Source: Candidatus Longimicrobiales bacterium M2_2A_002 (GTDB lineage Bacteria > Gemmatimonadota > Gemmatimonadetes > Longimicrobiales > RSA9). Taken from it: a stretch of 64,000 bases of DNA. The stretch lies in contig JBPRGE010000149.1 in NCBI GenBank assembly GCA_051418035.1, positions 14,509 through 78,508 of the forward strand, in the 5' to 3' direction. The position numbers and the translations under genes are program-made. Numbering within the stretch: position 1 is the stretch's first letter; every line of letters starts with the position of its first letter. Shown in pieces: positions 18,417 through 26,821 of the stretch. A model generated the notes under the pieces. That model ran no database searches, was not told the DNA's origin, and saw nothing but the letters and a program-made list of their open reading frames with translations.

Positions 18417-19175
18417 ATGGAAGCCAGAGAGCTGCTTGGCGACAACATCATCGTCGTACTGAACGAGCCCCAGGATCGCGTGAACATCGGCGGTGCGATC
18501 CGGGCGATGATGAACACGGGGCTGCGGCGGCTGCGGCTGGTGAATCCGGCGGAGTGGGACGAGTATCGGCTGGAAGGGATCGCCCACGGATCGGAGATCG
18601 TCCGCGACCGGACGGAGTTCTTCGACACGCTGGAGGATGCCATCGCCGACGCCGTGGAGGTGGTCGGCACGACCGCCCGCCGCCGCGCCATGCGCCACCA
18701 GTGGGAGCATCCCCGGGGCGGGGCCGAGGAGATCCTGGCCCTGGCGGGGGACGAGCGGGGCCCCGTCTGCATCGTCTTCGGCCGGGAGGACATCGGGCTG
18801 ACGAACGAGCAGCTCGACCGATGCGACCGGATCTGGACGGTGCCGACCGACCCCGAGCGCCCGTCACTGAACCTGGCGCAGGCGGTGCTCCTCGTGACGT
18901 ACGAGCTGTGGCTCGAGGGGCCCGGCAGCGAGAAGCCGCTCCCCCGGCCGCGACGGGACGCCCCGCCCGCCACGACCACGCACATCGAGGACGTCTTCGA
19001 GCACGTCGACCGCCACCTCCGCGCCATCAACTTCTACCGGGGCGGCAAGAACCCCGAAGCGGTGCTCCGTACGCTCCGGGCCATCGTGCGGCGCGCGGGG
19101 GTGGACGAGCGGGAGGCCGAGCTGATCCGGGCGATCTCGGCCCGGAGCTGGAAGGAGCTGGAGCGGCGGTCTTAG
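18417..19175 (+). CDS. trmJ: SpoU/TrmH-class tRNA 2'-O-methyltransferase, TrmJ-like
   Basis: Motifs VVLNEPQDRVNIGGAIRAMMNTGLRRLRLVNP, CIVFGREDIGLT and SLNLAQAVLLVTYEL, plus a C-terminal extension. Confidence 0.7.
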   Translation: MEARELLGDNIIVVLNEPQDRVNIGGAIRAMMNTGLRRLRLVNPAEWDEYRLEGIAHGSEIVRDRTEFFDTLEDAIADAVEVVGTTARRRAMRHQWEHPRGGAEEILALAGDERGPVCIVFGREDIGLTNEQLDRCDRIWTVPTDPERPSLNLAQAVLLVTYELWLEGPGSEKPLPRPRRDAPPATTTHIEDVFEHVDRHLRAINFYRGGKNPEAVLRTLRAIVRRAGVDEREAELIRAISARSWKELERRS

Positions 19176-19237
19176 GACGGAGTTCCGGGTGGGCGTATAG
19201 TTCACGGTAGACTTTGGATTCCGGCGCCCTGGTGTTC

Positions 19238-19288
19238 GGATCGTGGATCGTGGATCGCGGATCGTGGATCGTGGATCGCAGATCGTGG
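19238..19288. repeat. tandem heptad array (GGATCGT)7
   Basis: GGATCGT GGATCGT GGATCGC GGATCGT GGATCGT GGATCGC AGATCGT GG. There is a 21-nt super-period and a GATC in every unit. Confidence 0.95.
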
Positions 19289-19331
19289 CTGGGAATCTAC
19301 GCCCGTGGCGGAGCATTGTTCGGATCTGAAG

Positions 19332-19712
19332 TCAGGAACCGTGGGCCGCGATGCGCTCCCGCAGCGCACGTCGGAAGGCCTGGAGCCTCTTGAACAAGAG
19401 AATCGCGCGGCTTTCAGCAGTCTGCAGCAGCTCCAGATCGATGCCGTATCCCCGGCGATCGATCAATCTGTGGCAGGCAATGCATTCGATCAGTGAGCGC
19501 ACGGAATAGCCGAGAAACCGGAGCTGCTCATTCACCGACTGGCTCGTGCTGCCCTCCGCGATATTGAGAGCGATGCCGGTCGACGCCCGCCGCAACTGAT
19601 CGGCCAGGTTGAACCGTTCCTCGGGTGGCAGCGCGGACGCGAGGGCGTACGCGGCATCATGGTAATCCAGGGCATCCTGCCAGACCCTCAGCCCTTCGAA
19701 TCGGAAAGCCAT
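19332..19712 (-). CDS. four-helix-bundle protein (23S rRNA intervening-sequence / Avd-like family), 126 aa
   Basis: ATG 19712 to TGA 19334-19332. All-helical. The sequence (RVWQDALDYHDAAYALASALPPEERFNLADQLRRASTGIALNIAEGS...FLGYSVRSLIECIACHRLIDRRGY) fits my recollection of the family. Track ORF 19332..21419 is this gene plus a long spurious extension antisense to the next two genes. Confidence 0.8.
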   Translation of the reverse strand: MAFRFEGLRVWQDALDYHDAAYALASALPPEERFNLADQLRRASTGIALNIAEGSTSQSVNEQLRFLGYSVRSLIECIACHRLIDRRGYGIDLELLQTAESRAILLFKRLQAFRRALRERIAAHGS

Positions 19713-19778
19713 ACCCCAAGTTCGGAGTCCGGGCGGCCACACGGAATAGCGTGTTGGGACAGTCCCTTGCCAAGCCAT

Positions 19779-19845
19779 CCACGATCCCACGATCCCACGA
19801 TCCACGATCCACCATCCACGATCCACGATCCACCATCCACGATCC
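19779..19845. repeat. tandem heptad array (CCACGAT)~9, reverse complement of the 19238 array
   Basis: CCACGATC CCACGATC CCACGAT CCACGAT CCACCAT CCACGAT CCACGAT CCACCAT CCACGAT CC. It is inverted relative to 19238-19288. Confidence 0.95.
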
Positions 19846-19937
19846 GCCTGAAATCCGGCGCGCGGCCGAAGTGATCGGACACGCGGGTCTCCGCAATCCG
19901 ATGGCGAGGTAGTCTCCGGCCGGCTTATGTTGCCGGC

Positions 19938-20948
19938 ATGAGCGAGCACCCGAACCCGCTGTTCCGCGCGTTCCCGACATTGGAGGCCCGCATCCCGTGG
20001 GTCCATCTGGGCGACTGGCCGACCCCGGTGGAGCGGATCGAGGCGACGCCCGACGGGTTCCGGGGCGAGCTGTGGGTGAAACGCGACGACCGCTCCAGCA
20101 CCCTCTACGGCGGCAACAAGGTCCGGAAGCTGGAGTACCTCCTGGCGGACGCGGAGGCCCGGGGCGCCGGCCGGCTGATCACGACGGGGGTCGAGGGCTC
20201 GCACCACTGCCTGGCCACGGCCGTCCACGGTCGACGGGTCGGGCTGCCCACCACGCTCGTGGTTTTCCCGCAGCCCCGGACCGAGCACTCCCGGGAGATC
20301 GCGGCGCTGAACCGGGCGTGGGCGAACGAGGTTCGGCGCTGCAGCACGTTCGCGATCCAGCCGTTCGTCGAGGCGGCCGTCCGCTGGCGGTGCCGTGCGG
20401 AGTCGCCGTACGTGATCCCGGGCGGCGGCTCCAACGCCATCGGCGCGCTGGGCCATGTGGGCGGGGCACTGGAGCTGGCCGAGCAGGTCCGGGCCGGTGA
20501 GGTGTCGCGCCCGGACGTGATCACCGTGGCCGCCGGTACGCTCGGTACGCTGGCCGGGCTCGCGATCGGTGTGGCGATGACGAACCTGACCGACCGGATC
20601 GTCGGCGTGCGGATCGTGCCGTCCACGGTGGGCAACCGGGTGGTCCTCGGGCGGCTGGTCGAGGGTGCGACCCGGCTCCTGACGGAGGCGGGGCTCCGGG
20701 CCCCCGATCCGCGGCTGGCGCTCGACCGGGTCGAGATCGTCGGCGACTACCTGGGCGCCGGCTACGGGCACCCGACCGACCGGGGCGACCGGGCCACGGC
20801 GTGGTTCGCGGAGCGGGGACTGGCGCTGGACCCGAGCTACACCGCCAAGACGGCCGCCGCGCTCCGGGACAGGATCGAGGCCGAGCCCCGGGCCACTCAC
20901 CTGTACTGGCACACGCTGAGCAGCGTCACCCCGCCGCTTGCAGAGTGA
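19938..20948 (+). CDS. PLP-dependent ACC deaminase / D-cysteine desulfhydrase family enzyme
   Basis: LYGGNKVRKLEYLLADA (PLP-lysine context), GGGSNAIGALGHV; 336 aa. Confidence 0.8.
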   Translation: MSEHPNPLFRAFPTLEARIPWVHLGDWPTPVERIEATPDGFRGELWVKRDDRSSTLYGGNKVRKLEYLLADAEARGAGRLITTGVEGSHHCLATAVHGRRVGLPTTLVVFPQPRTEHSREIAALNRAWANEVRRCSTFAIQPFVEAAVRWRCRAESPYVIPGGGSNAIGALGHVGGALELAEQVRAGEVSRPDVITVAAGTLGTLAGLAIGVAMTNLTDRIVGVRIVPSTVGNRVVLGRLVEGATRLLTEAGLRAPDPRLALDRVEIVGDYLGAGYGHPTDRGDRATAWFAERGLALDPSYTAKTAAALRDRIEAEPRATHLYWHTLSSVTPPLAE

Positions 20949-21003
20949 CAGACCGCCGACTACATCCATGACGGGGACACGACCTCGTACTCGAGAACAC
21001 GGA

Positions 21004-23226
21004 ATGATCATGTCGCGTTTGCACAGGATACCGACGGTGCTCGCCGCGTCGCTGCTCGCCGCAGCGTGCGCGACCGGCGGCACCCAGACCACCACGCTGC
21101 CGGTCACGGCGGTGGACACACCGAGCGTGGAGCAGGGCACGCCGACCGTCTCGCTGGAGCCGTCGGCCGCATCGCTCCGGACCGCCGAGCGGGTCGAGCT
21201 CACGGGGATGGAGCTCGGCCGGATGTGGACGTTCCAGGACCCGCCCATGGACTGGTGGCAGGAGGCGTACGACTTCGAGCCAAGCGACGAGTGGCTGGAG
21301 CACGTACGGCTGTCGGCGCTCCGGTACGGGAACGGCTGCTCCGCGTCGTTCGTGTCGGAGGACGGGCTGGTGATGACCAACCACCACTGCGCCCGGGGCT
21401 GCATCGAGGCGCTGTCCACCGCCGAGAACGACTACCTGGAGGAAGGGTTCTACGCCCCGACGCGCGACCAGGAGCTGGTCTGCCCCGACCTGTTCCTGGA
21501 CCAGCTCAGGAACGTGACCGACGTGACCGAGCGGGTGCTGGGCGCGGCCGAGGGGCTCACGGCGGACACCGCCCGGGCGCGGGCCCGGGCCGACGAGTCG
21601 GACGCCATCGTGGAGGCGTGCGAGGAGGAGACGGGGCTGCGGTGCGAGGTCGTCTCCCTCTACCATGGCGGGAAGTTCCACCTCTACCAGTACCACCGGT
21701 TCGAGCCGGTGAAGCTGGTCTTCGCGCCGGAGCACCAGGCGGCGTCGTTCGGCGGCGACCCCGACAATTTCACGTACCCGCGGTACGCGATGGATGTCTC
21801 CTTCGTGCGGGCGTACGAGCCGGACAGCGCGACGGCCGTCACCACCGAGAACTGGTTTGCCTGGGACGCCGACGGCGCGCAGGAGGGGGACGCGGTCTTC
21901 ATCGTCGGGAACCCGGGCGGCACGAGTCGGCTCCTGACGGTGTCGCAGGTGATGTACGAGAAGTACCGGAACCACCCCTACGTGGTCAGCTATATCCAGG
22001 ACTACGTGGATCTGCTCCGCTGGATCGGGTCGCAGGGCCCCGAGGCGGAGCGGTCAGTTCGTGAGCAGCTCGCGAACTTCGAGAACGGGCTGAAGGCATA
22101 CTCGGGTCAGCTCGAGGGGCTCCGGGACACGGTGCTGATCGGGAAGAAGATCCGCTGGGAGGCCGACCTCCGGGAGGCGGTCATGGCGGACCCGGAGCTC
22201 CGGGCCGACTACGGTGATGTGTGGGACCGGATCACCGACCTGCAGCGGGCGAAGGTCCCGCTGGCGCAGCGCGCGTCGATCTACAACATCGGGTTCATCG
22301 GCGATCCCCACATCGGGATGGGCGGCCAGCTGATCCGGTACGTCCGCGAGTCGGCGAAGCCGGCGGCGGAGCGGGGCGAGGCGTTCGGCACCGAGGAGCT
22401 GGCGGAGATGGAGCAGCGGCTGCTGAGCCCGTCGCCGGTCAATCCCGAGATCGCGACGCGGCTCCTGGCCGTTCGTCTCCGTCTGGCCGAGCGGTTCCTT
22501 CCGGAGAGCGACCCGTTCGTCCGGGAGGCGTTCCAGGGCGATGAGACACCGGAGCAGGCCGCGCGCCGGATCGTAGAGAACACGCGGATCATGGACCCTG
22601 CGTTCCGTCGCACGCTGATCGAGGGCGGGCCGGAGGCCGTGGCCGCCGAATCCGATGCCGGGCTGGCGCTCGCACGCGTCATGGAGAACGAGTACGAGAC
22701 GCTGAGCGACCAGATGCGAGAGGTCGAAGCCGCCGAGTCGGTCCAGGAGGAGCGGCTCGCGCAGGCGCTGTTCGCCGTGAAGGGCACGTCGATCCCGCCG
22801 GACGCGACGTTCACGCTCCGGATCACCGATGGCGTGGTCAAGCGCTACCCCTACAACGGGACGGTGGCGCCGCCGCACACCAGCTTCTACGGGATCTTCG
22901 AGCGGGCCACCAACTTCTCGAACGAGATGCCGTTCACCCTGCCGGAGAGCTACGAAGCGGCCCGTGACCGGATCGACATGAGCGTCCCGCTCAACTTCGT
23001 CACCACGGACGACATTACCGGTGGGAACAGCGGCAGCCCGATGCTGAACCGGGACGCCGAGATCGTGGGCGCAGCGTTCGACGGCAACATCGAGTCGCTC
23101 CCGAACGAATGGCTCTACAGCGAGGAGGTGGCCCGGACCGTGGGCGTGCACAGCCACGGGATCCTGGAGGCGCTGCGGAGCATCTACGAGGCCGAGGCAC
23201 TGGTCCAGGAGCTGTTGGGGAACTAG
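21004..23226 (+). CDS. S46-family dipeptidyl-peptidase (DPP7/DPP11-like)
   Basis: ATG 21004. Signal/lipobox-like LLAAACATGG. NGCSASFVSEDGLVMTNHHCA (His region) and C-terminal TGGNSGSPMLN (Ser region). Confidence 0.85.
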   Translation: MIMSRLHRIPTVLAASLLAAACATGGTQTTTLPVTAVDTPSVEQGTPTVSLEPSAASLRTAERVELTGMELGRMWTFQDPPMDWWQEAYDFEPSDEWLEHVRLSALRYGNGCSASFVSEDGLVMTNHHCARGCIEALSTAENDYLEEGFYAPTRDQELVCPDLFLDQLRNVTDVTERVLGAAEGLTADTARARARADESDAIVEACEEETGLRCEVVSLYHGGKFHLYQYHRFEPVKLVFAPEHQAASFGGDPDNFTYPRYAMDVSFVRAYEPDSATAVTTENWFAWDADGAQEGDAVFIVGNPGGTSRLLTVSQVMYEKYRNHPYVVSYIQDYVDLLRWIGSQGPEAERSVREQLANFENGLKAYSGQLEGLRDTVLIGKKIRWEADLREAVMADPELRADYGDVWDRITDLQRAKVPLAQRASIYNIGFIGDPHIGMGGQLIRYVRESAKPAAERGEAFGTEELAEMEQRLLSPSPVNPEIATRLLAVRLRLAERFLPESDPFVREAFQGDETPEQAARRIVENTRIMDPAFRRTLIEGGPEAVAAESDAGLALARVMENEYETLSDQMREVEAAESVQEERLAQALFAVKGTSIPPDATFTLRITDGVVKRYPYNGTVAPPHTSFYGIFERATNFSNEMPFTLPESYEAARDRIDMSVPLNFVTTDDITGGNSGSPMLNRDAEIVGAAFDGNIESLPNEWLYSEEVARTVGVHSHGILEALRSIYEAEALVQELLGN

Positions 23227-23409
23227 GGCTCGGCCCTGCGGCCTCGCGGCGGGCGGGTCGGGTTTTCGGCCGCCCGCGGCGGGCGCCCTCGGCGCGGTGG
23301 GGCCGCCTGCGGGGCGGTCCACCGGGCTCGCGGCTTCATTACGGGACCGGCGCTCCTCGGCACAGCCCGTGGGGCGCCGGTTCGTTTCAAGACAAACAGG
23401 AGTGGGACA

Positions 23410-24768
23410 ATGGCGGACGTACACGGATACATCGACGAGAACATGGCGCGGTTCAGGGAGGAGCTGGACGCCTTCCTCCGGATCCCGTCGATCAGCGCGA
23501 AATCGGAGCATCGGGGCGATATGCGGGCGGCGGCGGAGTGGCTGGCCGAGCGGATGGGCGAGGCGGGGCTGGAGGTCTCGCTGGAGCCGACGGACGGGTT
23601 CCCCATCATCCTGGGCGAGTACCGGGGGGCGGGGCCGGACGCGCCGACGGTGCTGGTCTACGGCCACTACGATGTCCAGCCGCCCGAGCCGCTGGACGAG
23701 TGGACATCGCCGCCGTTCGAGCCGGAGGTCCGGGACGGGAAGCTCTTCGCCCGCGGGGCGGTGGACGACAAGGGTCAGCTCTACCTCCATATCAAGGCGA
23801 TCGAGGCCCATATGAAGGTGAACGGGTCGCTGCCGGTGAACGTGGTGGTCCTGGCGGAGGGCGAGGAGGAGATCGGCAGCGAGAACCTGATGCCGTTCGT
23901 CGAGGCCCACAAGGACCGGCTGGCGTGCGACTACGTGGTCATCAGCGACACCACCATGGTGGGCGAGAACGTGCCGACCATCGGGACCAGTCTCCGGGGG
24001 CTGGCGTACCTGGAGGTCCATGTTCGCGGCCCGAAGTCGGATCTGCACAGCGGCAGCTACGGCGGTGCGGTGGTGAACCCCGCCACGGCGCTGGCCCGGA
24101 TCATCGCGACCATGCACGACGACGACTGGCACGCCACGATCCCCGGCTTCTACGACGACGTGGATCGGATGGCGGACTACCGTGAGAAGATCGCCGAGGT
24201 GCCGTTCGACCACGCGGGGTTCCAGGCCGACACGGGCACATCGGAGCAGGGCGAGGCGGGCTACAGCACGCCGGAGCGGCTGTGGGTGCGGCCGACGGTG
24301 GAGGTCAACGGGCTGCTCAGCGGGTACACGGGCGAGGGCGCGAAGACGGTGCTGCCGGCGAAGGCGATGGCGAAGATCAGCTTCCGGCTGGTCCCGGATC
24401 AGGACCCGAAGGAGATCGAGGAGCTGGTCACGGCGCACATCCACGACGTGGCGCCCGAGGGCGTGGACGTCGAGGTCCGCGCGCTGCACGGCGGGATGCC
24501 GTGGCGGGCGACGCTGGGCAGCGAGCTGTACGACGCGGCCGAGCGGGCGCTGGGGGCGGCGTGGGACGAGGAGGTGGTCTACGCCGGCGAGGGTGGCTCG
24601 ATCCCCATCGTCCCCGAGTTCGAAGCGGTGCTGGACGCGCCGGTGCTGCTCATGGGCTTCGGGCTCCCGGGCGAGAACGCGCACGCGCCGGACGAGTGGA
24701 TCAGCGTGGAGAACATCGAGAAGGGGACCCACGCGGCCGCACGGCTGTGGGACGAGCTGGGCGGGTAG
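23410..24768 (+). CDS. M20-family dipeptidase
   Basis: ACAGGAG RBS. Metal-ligand motifs YGHYDVQPPEP, ARGAVDDKGQ and LAEGEEEIGS. Confidence 0.85.
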   Translation: MADVHGYIDENMARFREELDAFLRIPSISAKSEHRGDMRAAAEWLAERMGEAGLEVSLEPTDGFPIILGEYRGAGPDAPTVLVYGHYDVQPPEPLDEWTSPPFEPEVRDGKLFARGAVDDKGQLYLHIKAIEAHMKVNGSLPVNVVVLAEGEEEIGSENLMPFVEAHKDRLACDYVVISDTTMVGENVPTIGTSLRGLAYLEVHVRGPKSDLHSGSYGGAVVNPATALARIIATMHDDDWHATIPGFYDDVDRMADYREKIAEVPFDHAGFQADTGTSEQGEAGYSTPERLWVRPTVEVNGLLSGYTGEGAKTVLPAKAMAKISFRLVPDQDPKEIEELVTAHIHDVAPEGVDVEVRALHGGMPWRATLGSELYDAAERALGAAWDEEVVYAGEGGSIPIVPEFEAVLDAPVLLMGFGLPGENAHAPDEWISVENIEKGTHAAARLWDELGG

Positions 24769-24792
24769 CGGATCGGCGATCGCGGCCGGGGC

Positions 24793-25686
24793 TCAGTTCT
24801 TCAGCAGCTCCAGCTGCTCGAGAGTGAACCGGTAGCTCCGGCCGCAGAACTCGCAGGTGACGTCGGCGTGCTCGCGGTCGCCCTGGCTGGCCTTGATCTC
24901 GTCGATCTCGGCGGGGCCCAGGAGGATGAGTGCCCGCTCCGCCCGGTCGCGGCTGCACGGGCACCGGAACCGCGTGGCGCTCCGGTCGAGGACCCGGAAA
25001 TCGTCATCGAAGACCCGGGCGAGCATGTCCTCCGGCGCCTCGCCGGCCCGGATCATGGTGGTCGGGTGCGGCAGCCCGGCCACCTTACGCTCGATGGCCT
25101 CGACGTCGTCATCGGCGAGCCCGCCCAGTACCTGGATCAGGTAGCCGCCGGCGGCCTCCACGGTGCCCATCCGGTCGACATACACGCCGAGCCCGACGGC
25201 CGATGGCTGCTGCTCGGAGCGCGCGAAGTAGTAGGCCATGTCCTTCCCGATCTCGCCGGAAACCAGCTCGACCGTGCTGTTGTACGGCTCCTTGAGCCCC
25301 AGGTCCTTGATCACGGTCAACCGGCCCGATGTGCCGACGGCGCCGGAGACGTTCAGCTTGCCGTTCATCGTCTCCCGGATCGCGGGACGCGGGTTGCCCA
25401 CGAGGCCGCGTACCTCGCCCCGGCCATTGGCGGAGGTCAGGATCACGCCGAGCGGACCGTCGCCCTTCACCCGGACCGTGACCAGGTGGGTCTCCTTCTT
25501 CAGCGTGGCGCTGAGCAGGAGCGTGGCCGTGGCGACGCGGCCCAGCGCCGCCGTGGCCGCGGGGCCGGTGGCCTGGAGTCGCGCGAGCTCCCGGACGGCG
25601 CTCGTGGAATCCACGGCCAGCGCCCGGACCTTGCCGCCGAGCGCGGTGGCCCGGACCAGGTAGTTCTCTCGATTCGAAAGGATCAT
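24793..25686 (-). CDS. hslO: redox-regulated chaperone Hsp33
   Basis: ATG 25686. C-terminal zinc centre CPCS...CEFCG. The track ORF extends spuriously to 26070. Confidence 0.9.
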   Translation of the reverse strand: MILSNRENYLVRATALGGKVRALAVDSTSAVRELARLQATGPAATAALGRVATATLLLSATLKKETHLVTVRVKGDGPLGVILTSANGRGEVRGLVGNPRPAIRETMNGKLNVSGAVGTSGRLTVIKDLGLKEPYNSTVELVSGEIGKDMAYYFARSEQQPSAVGLGVYVDRMGTVEAAGGYLIQVLGGLADDDVEAIERKVAGLPHPTTMIRAGEAPEDMLARVFDDDFRVLDRSATRFRCPCSRDRAERALILLGPAEIDEIKASQGDREHADVTCEFCGRSYRFTLEQLELLKN

Positions 25687-25696
25687 GGGGCCCCCG

Positions 25697-25728
25697 AAAA
25701 ACAAAAGGCGGCCCCGTCCGGAGCCGCC
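25697..25728 (-). terminator. terminator-like hairpin + U tract between the GroES-like gene and hslO
   Basis: Minus strand: GGCGGC..(loop)..GCCGCC (6 bp plus 2 inner pairs), followed by TTTTGTTTTT. The U tract ends about 10 nt before the hslO ATG. Confidence 0.4.
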
Positions 25729-25753
25729 GGTACAACAGCCGTTCAGACGCGTA

Positions 25754-26131
25754 TTACCAACCCTCTTCGGGCTCCGATGTTCCCCGGAGCAGGACCAGGA
25801 TCGCGGCCTGGGGAACCACGAGGTATTTCCTGTCCTCATAGGTGATCTCGACCGCGGCGCGCCGGAAGAAGATCGCGTAGTCGCCGACCGCCGCCTGGAC
25901 CGGGAGGAACTTCGCCTCGCCGCCGGTGATCCGCCACGGCTCGTCATCCAGCTCGGTGGGGGCGGAGATCGGTGTGCCCGGCCCGGTGGCGACGATGGTG
26001 CCGGCCTGGACGGCCTGCTTGTCCACCGCCGTGGCCGGCAGGTACAGCCCGACTTTGCTCCGATCCTCACCCTCCTCGGGCTCCACGAGGACCCGATCTC
26101 CGACCACGATCAACCGCTTGCCGTCGCTCAT
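25754..26131 (-). CDS. GroES/Cpn10-family protein (125 aa, extended)
   Basis: Pattern RLIVVGDRVLVEPEE...GLYLP...QAGTIVATGPG...VGDYAIFF...YLVV, with about 30 extra residues. No groEL is adjacent. Confidence 0.65.
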   Translation of the reverse strand: MSDGKRLIVVGDRVLVEPEEGEDRSKVGLYLPATAVDKQAVQAGTIVATGPGTPISAPTELDDEPWRITGGEAKFLPVQAAVGDYAIFFRRAAVEITYEDRKYLVVPQAAILVLLRGTSEPEEGW

Positions 26132-26220
26132 GCCTGAATAGTGGCACGAGGGTCGGCCGTTGGGAAGTGGCGAAACATCCGGCGGCCGATCGTCGTCATG
26201 ATGGCCAGGAGGTGACGACT

Positions 26221-26508
26221 ATGATCGAGCTGCTGATTCTCGGTGCCGCGGTGGGCGGCATCGGTGCAGGATACGTGAAGGTCCGGAGCTTCGTGCGCGA
26301 GCGGCTCCGATTCGTGGACGGTGTCCAGCGACGCTCGGCCCCGTTCATCGCCGGTGCCGCCGCGGCGCTGGTGGCGGCGCCGGTGGCGTGGCTGGTCCCC
26401 GTGATCGGGGGCGGCACGGCGCTCCTCTTCGGGACGGGTGTGGGACTGGCGGTCTCGCACGGCGCGAGGGACGTCCGGGAAAAGCAGCGGTCGCTGCCCC
26501 ACATCTGA
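26221..26508 (+). CDS. small hypothetical membrane protein, 95 aa
   Basis: ATG 26221 with AGGAGG 8 nt upstream. Gly/Ala-rich TM helices. No family recognised. Confidence 0.45.
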   Translation: MIELLILGAAVGGIGAGYVKVRSFVRERLRFVDGVQRRSAPFIAGAAAALVAAPVAWLVPVIGGGTALLFGTGVGLAVSHGARDVREKQRSLPHI

Positions 26509-26577
26509 CACGCCGGGGTCGGCGGCTCGGGCGGCATTCGGCCGTCCCATCCCGCTATCGGTCCGCCCCGGGCTGAC

Positions 26578-26817
26578 GTGTACCGTCGGGTGAAGCTCGG
26601 AAGCAGACCCCGACCGGGAGGCCCCGTGGAGACCAGGGAGAAGAGCGAGCGCCGGCCGCACACGTTCATCCTCGACCGCATGCTGGTGGAGCGGGCGCGC
26701 CGGGAGGTGGGCGAGCCGGACGTCGTGCGGAGCATCGAAGCGGCGCTGGCCGCAGCCATCGACTACCGGAGCTGGGTCCGGGAGGTCCGGACGGGCCGCC
26801 GGGACCCGCTCGGCTGA
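26578..26817 (+). CDS. hypothetical small protein, weak VapB/RHH-antitoxin resemblance
   Basis: GTG 26578; 79 aa. The segment HTFILDRMLVERARREVGEPDVVRSIEAALAAAI resembles VapB-type antitoxins. The evidence is weak. Confidence 0.35.
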   Translation: MYRRVKLGSRPRPGGPVETREKSERRPHTFILDRMLVERARREVGEPDVVRSIEAALAAAIDYRSWVREVRTGRRDPLG

Positions 26818-26821
26818 CCGG

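Noticed and set aside
19238-19845. The repeat arrays as a CRISPR locus, or the four-helix-bundle gene as the Avd of a diversity-generating retroelement.
   Set aside because: The units are contiguous 7-mers with no spacers, so this is not CRISPR. No reverse transcriptase, template/variable repeat pair or target gene is present, so this is not a DGR.
19332-21419. A 695-aa minus-strand ORF covering the heptad arrays, the dcyD-like gene and the start of the S46 peptidase.
   Set aside because: Only the last 126 codons (from ATG 19712) have protein-like composition and a family match. The rest is antisense to two good genes.
24793-26070. A 425-aa Hsp33 ORF with a long N-terminal extension overlapping the GroES-like gene.
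   Set aside because: The extension is Arg/Ser/Pro-rich and out of character. A canonical Hsp33 N-terminus begins at ATG 25686. The GroES-like frame is the credible one in the overlap.
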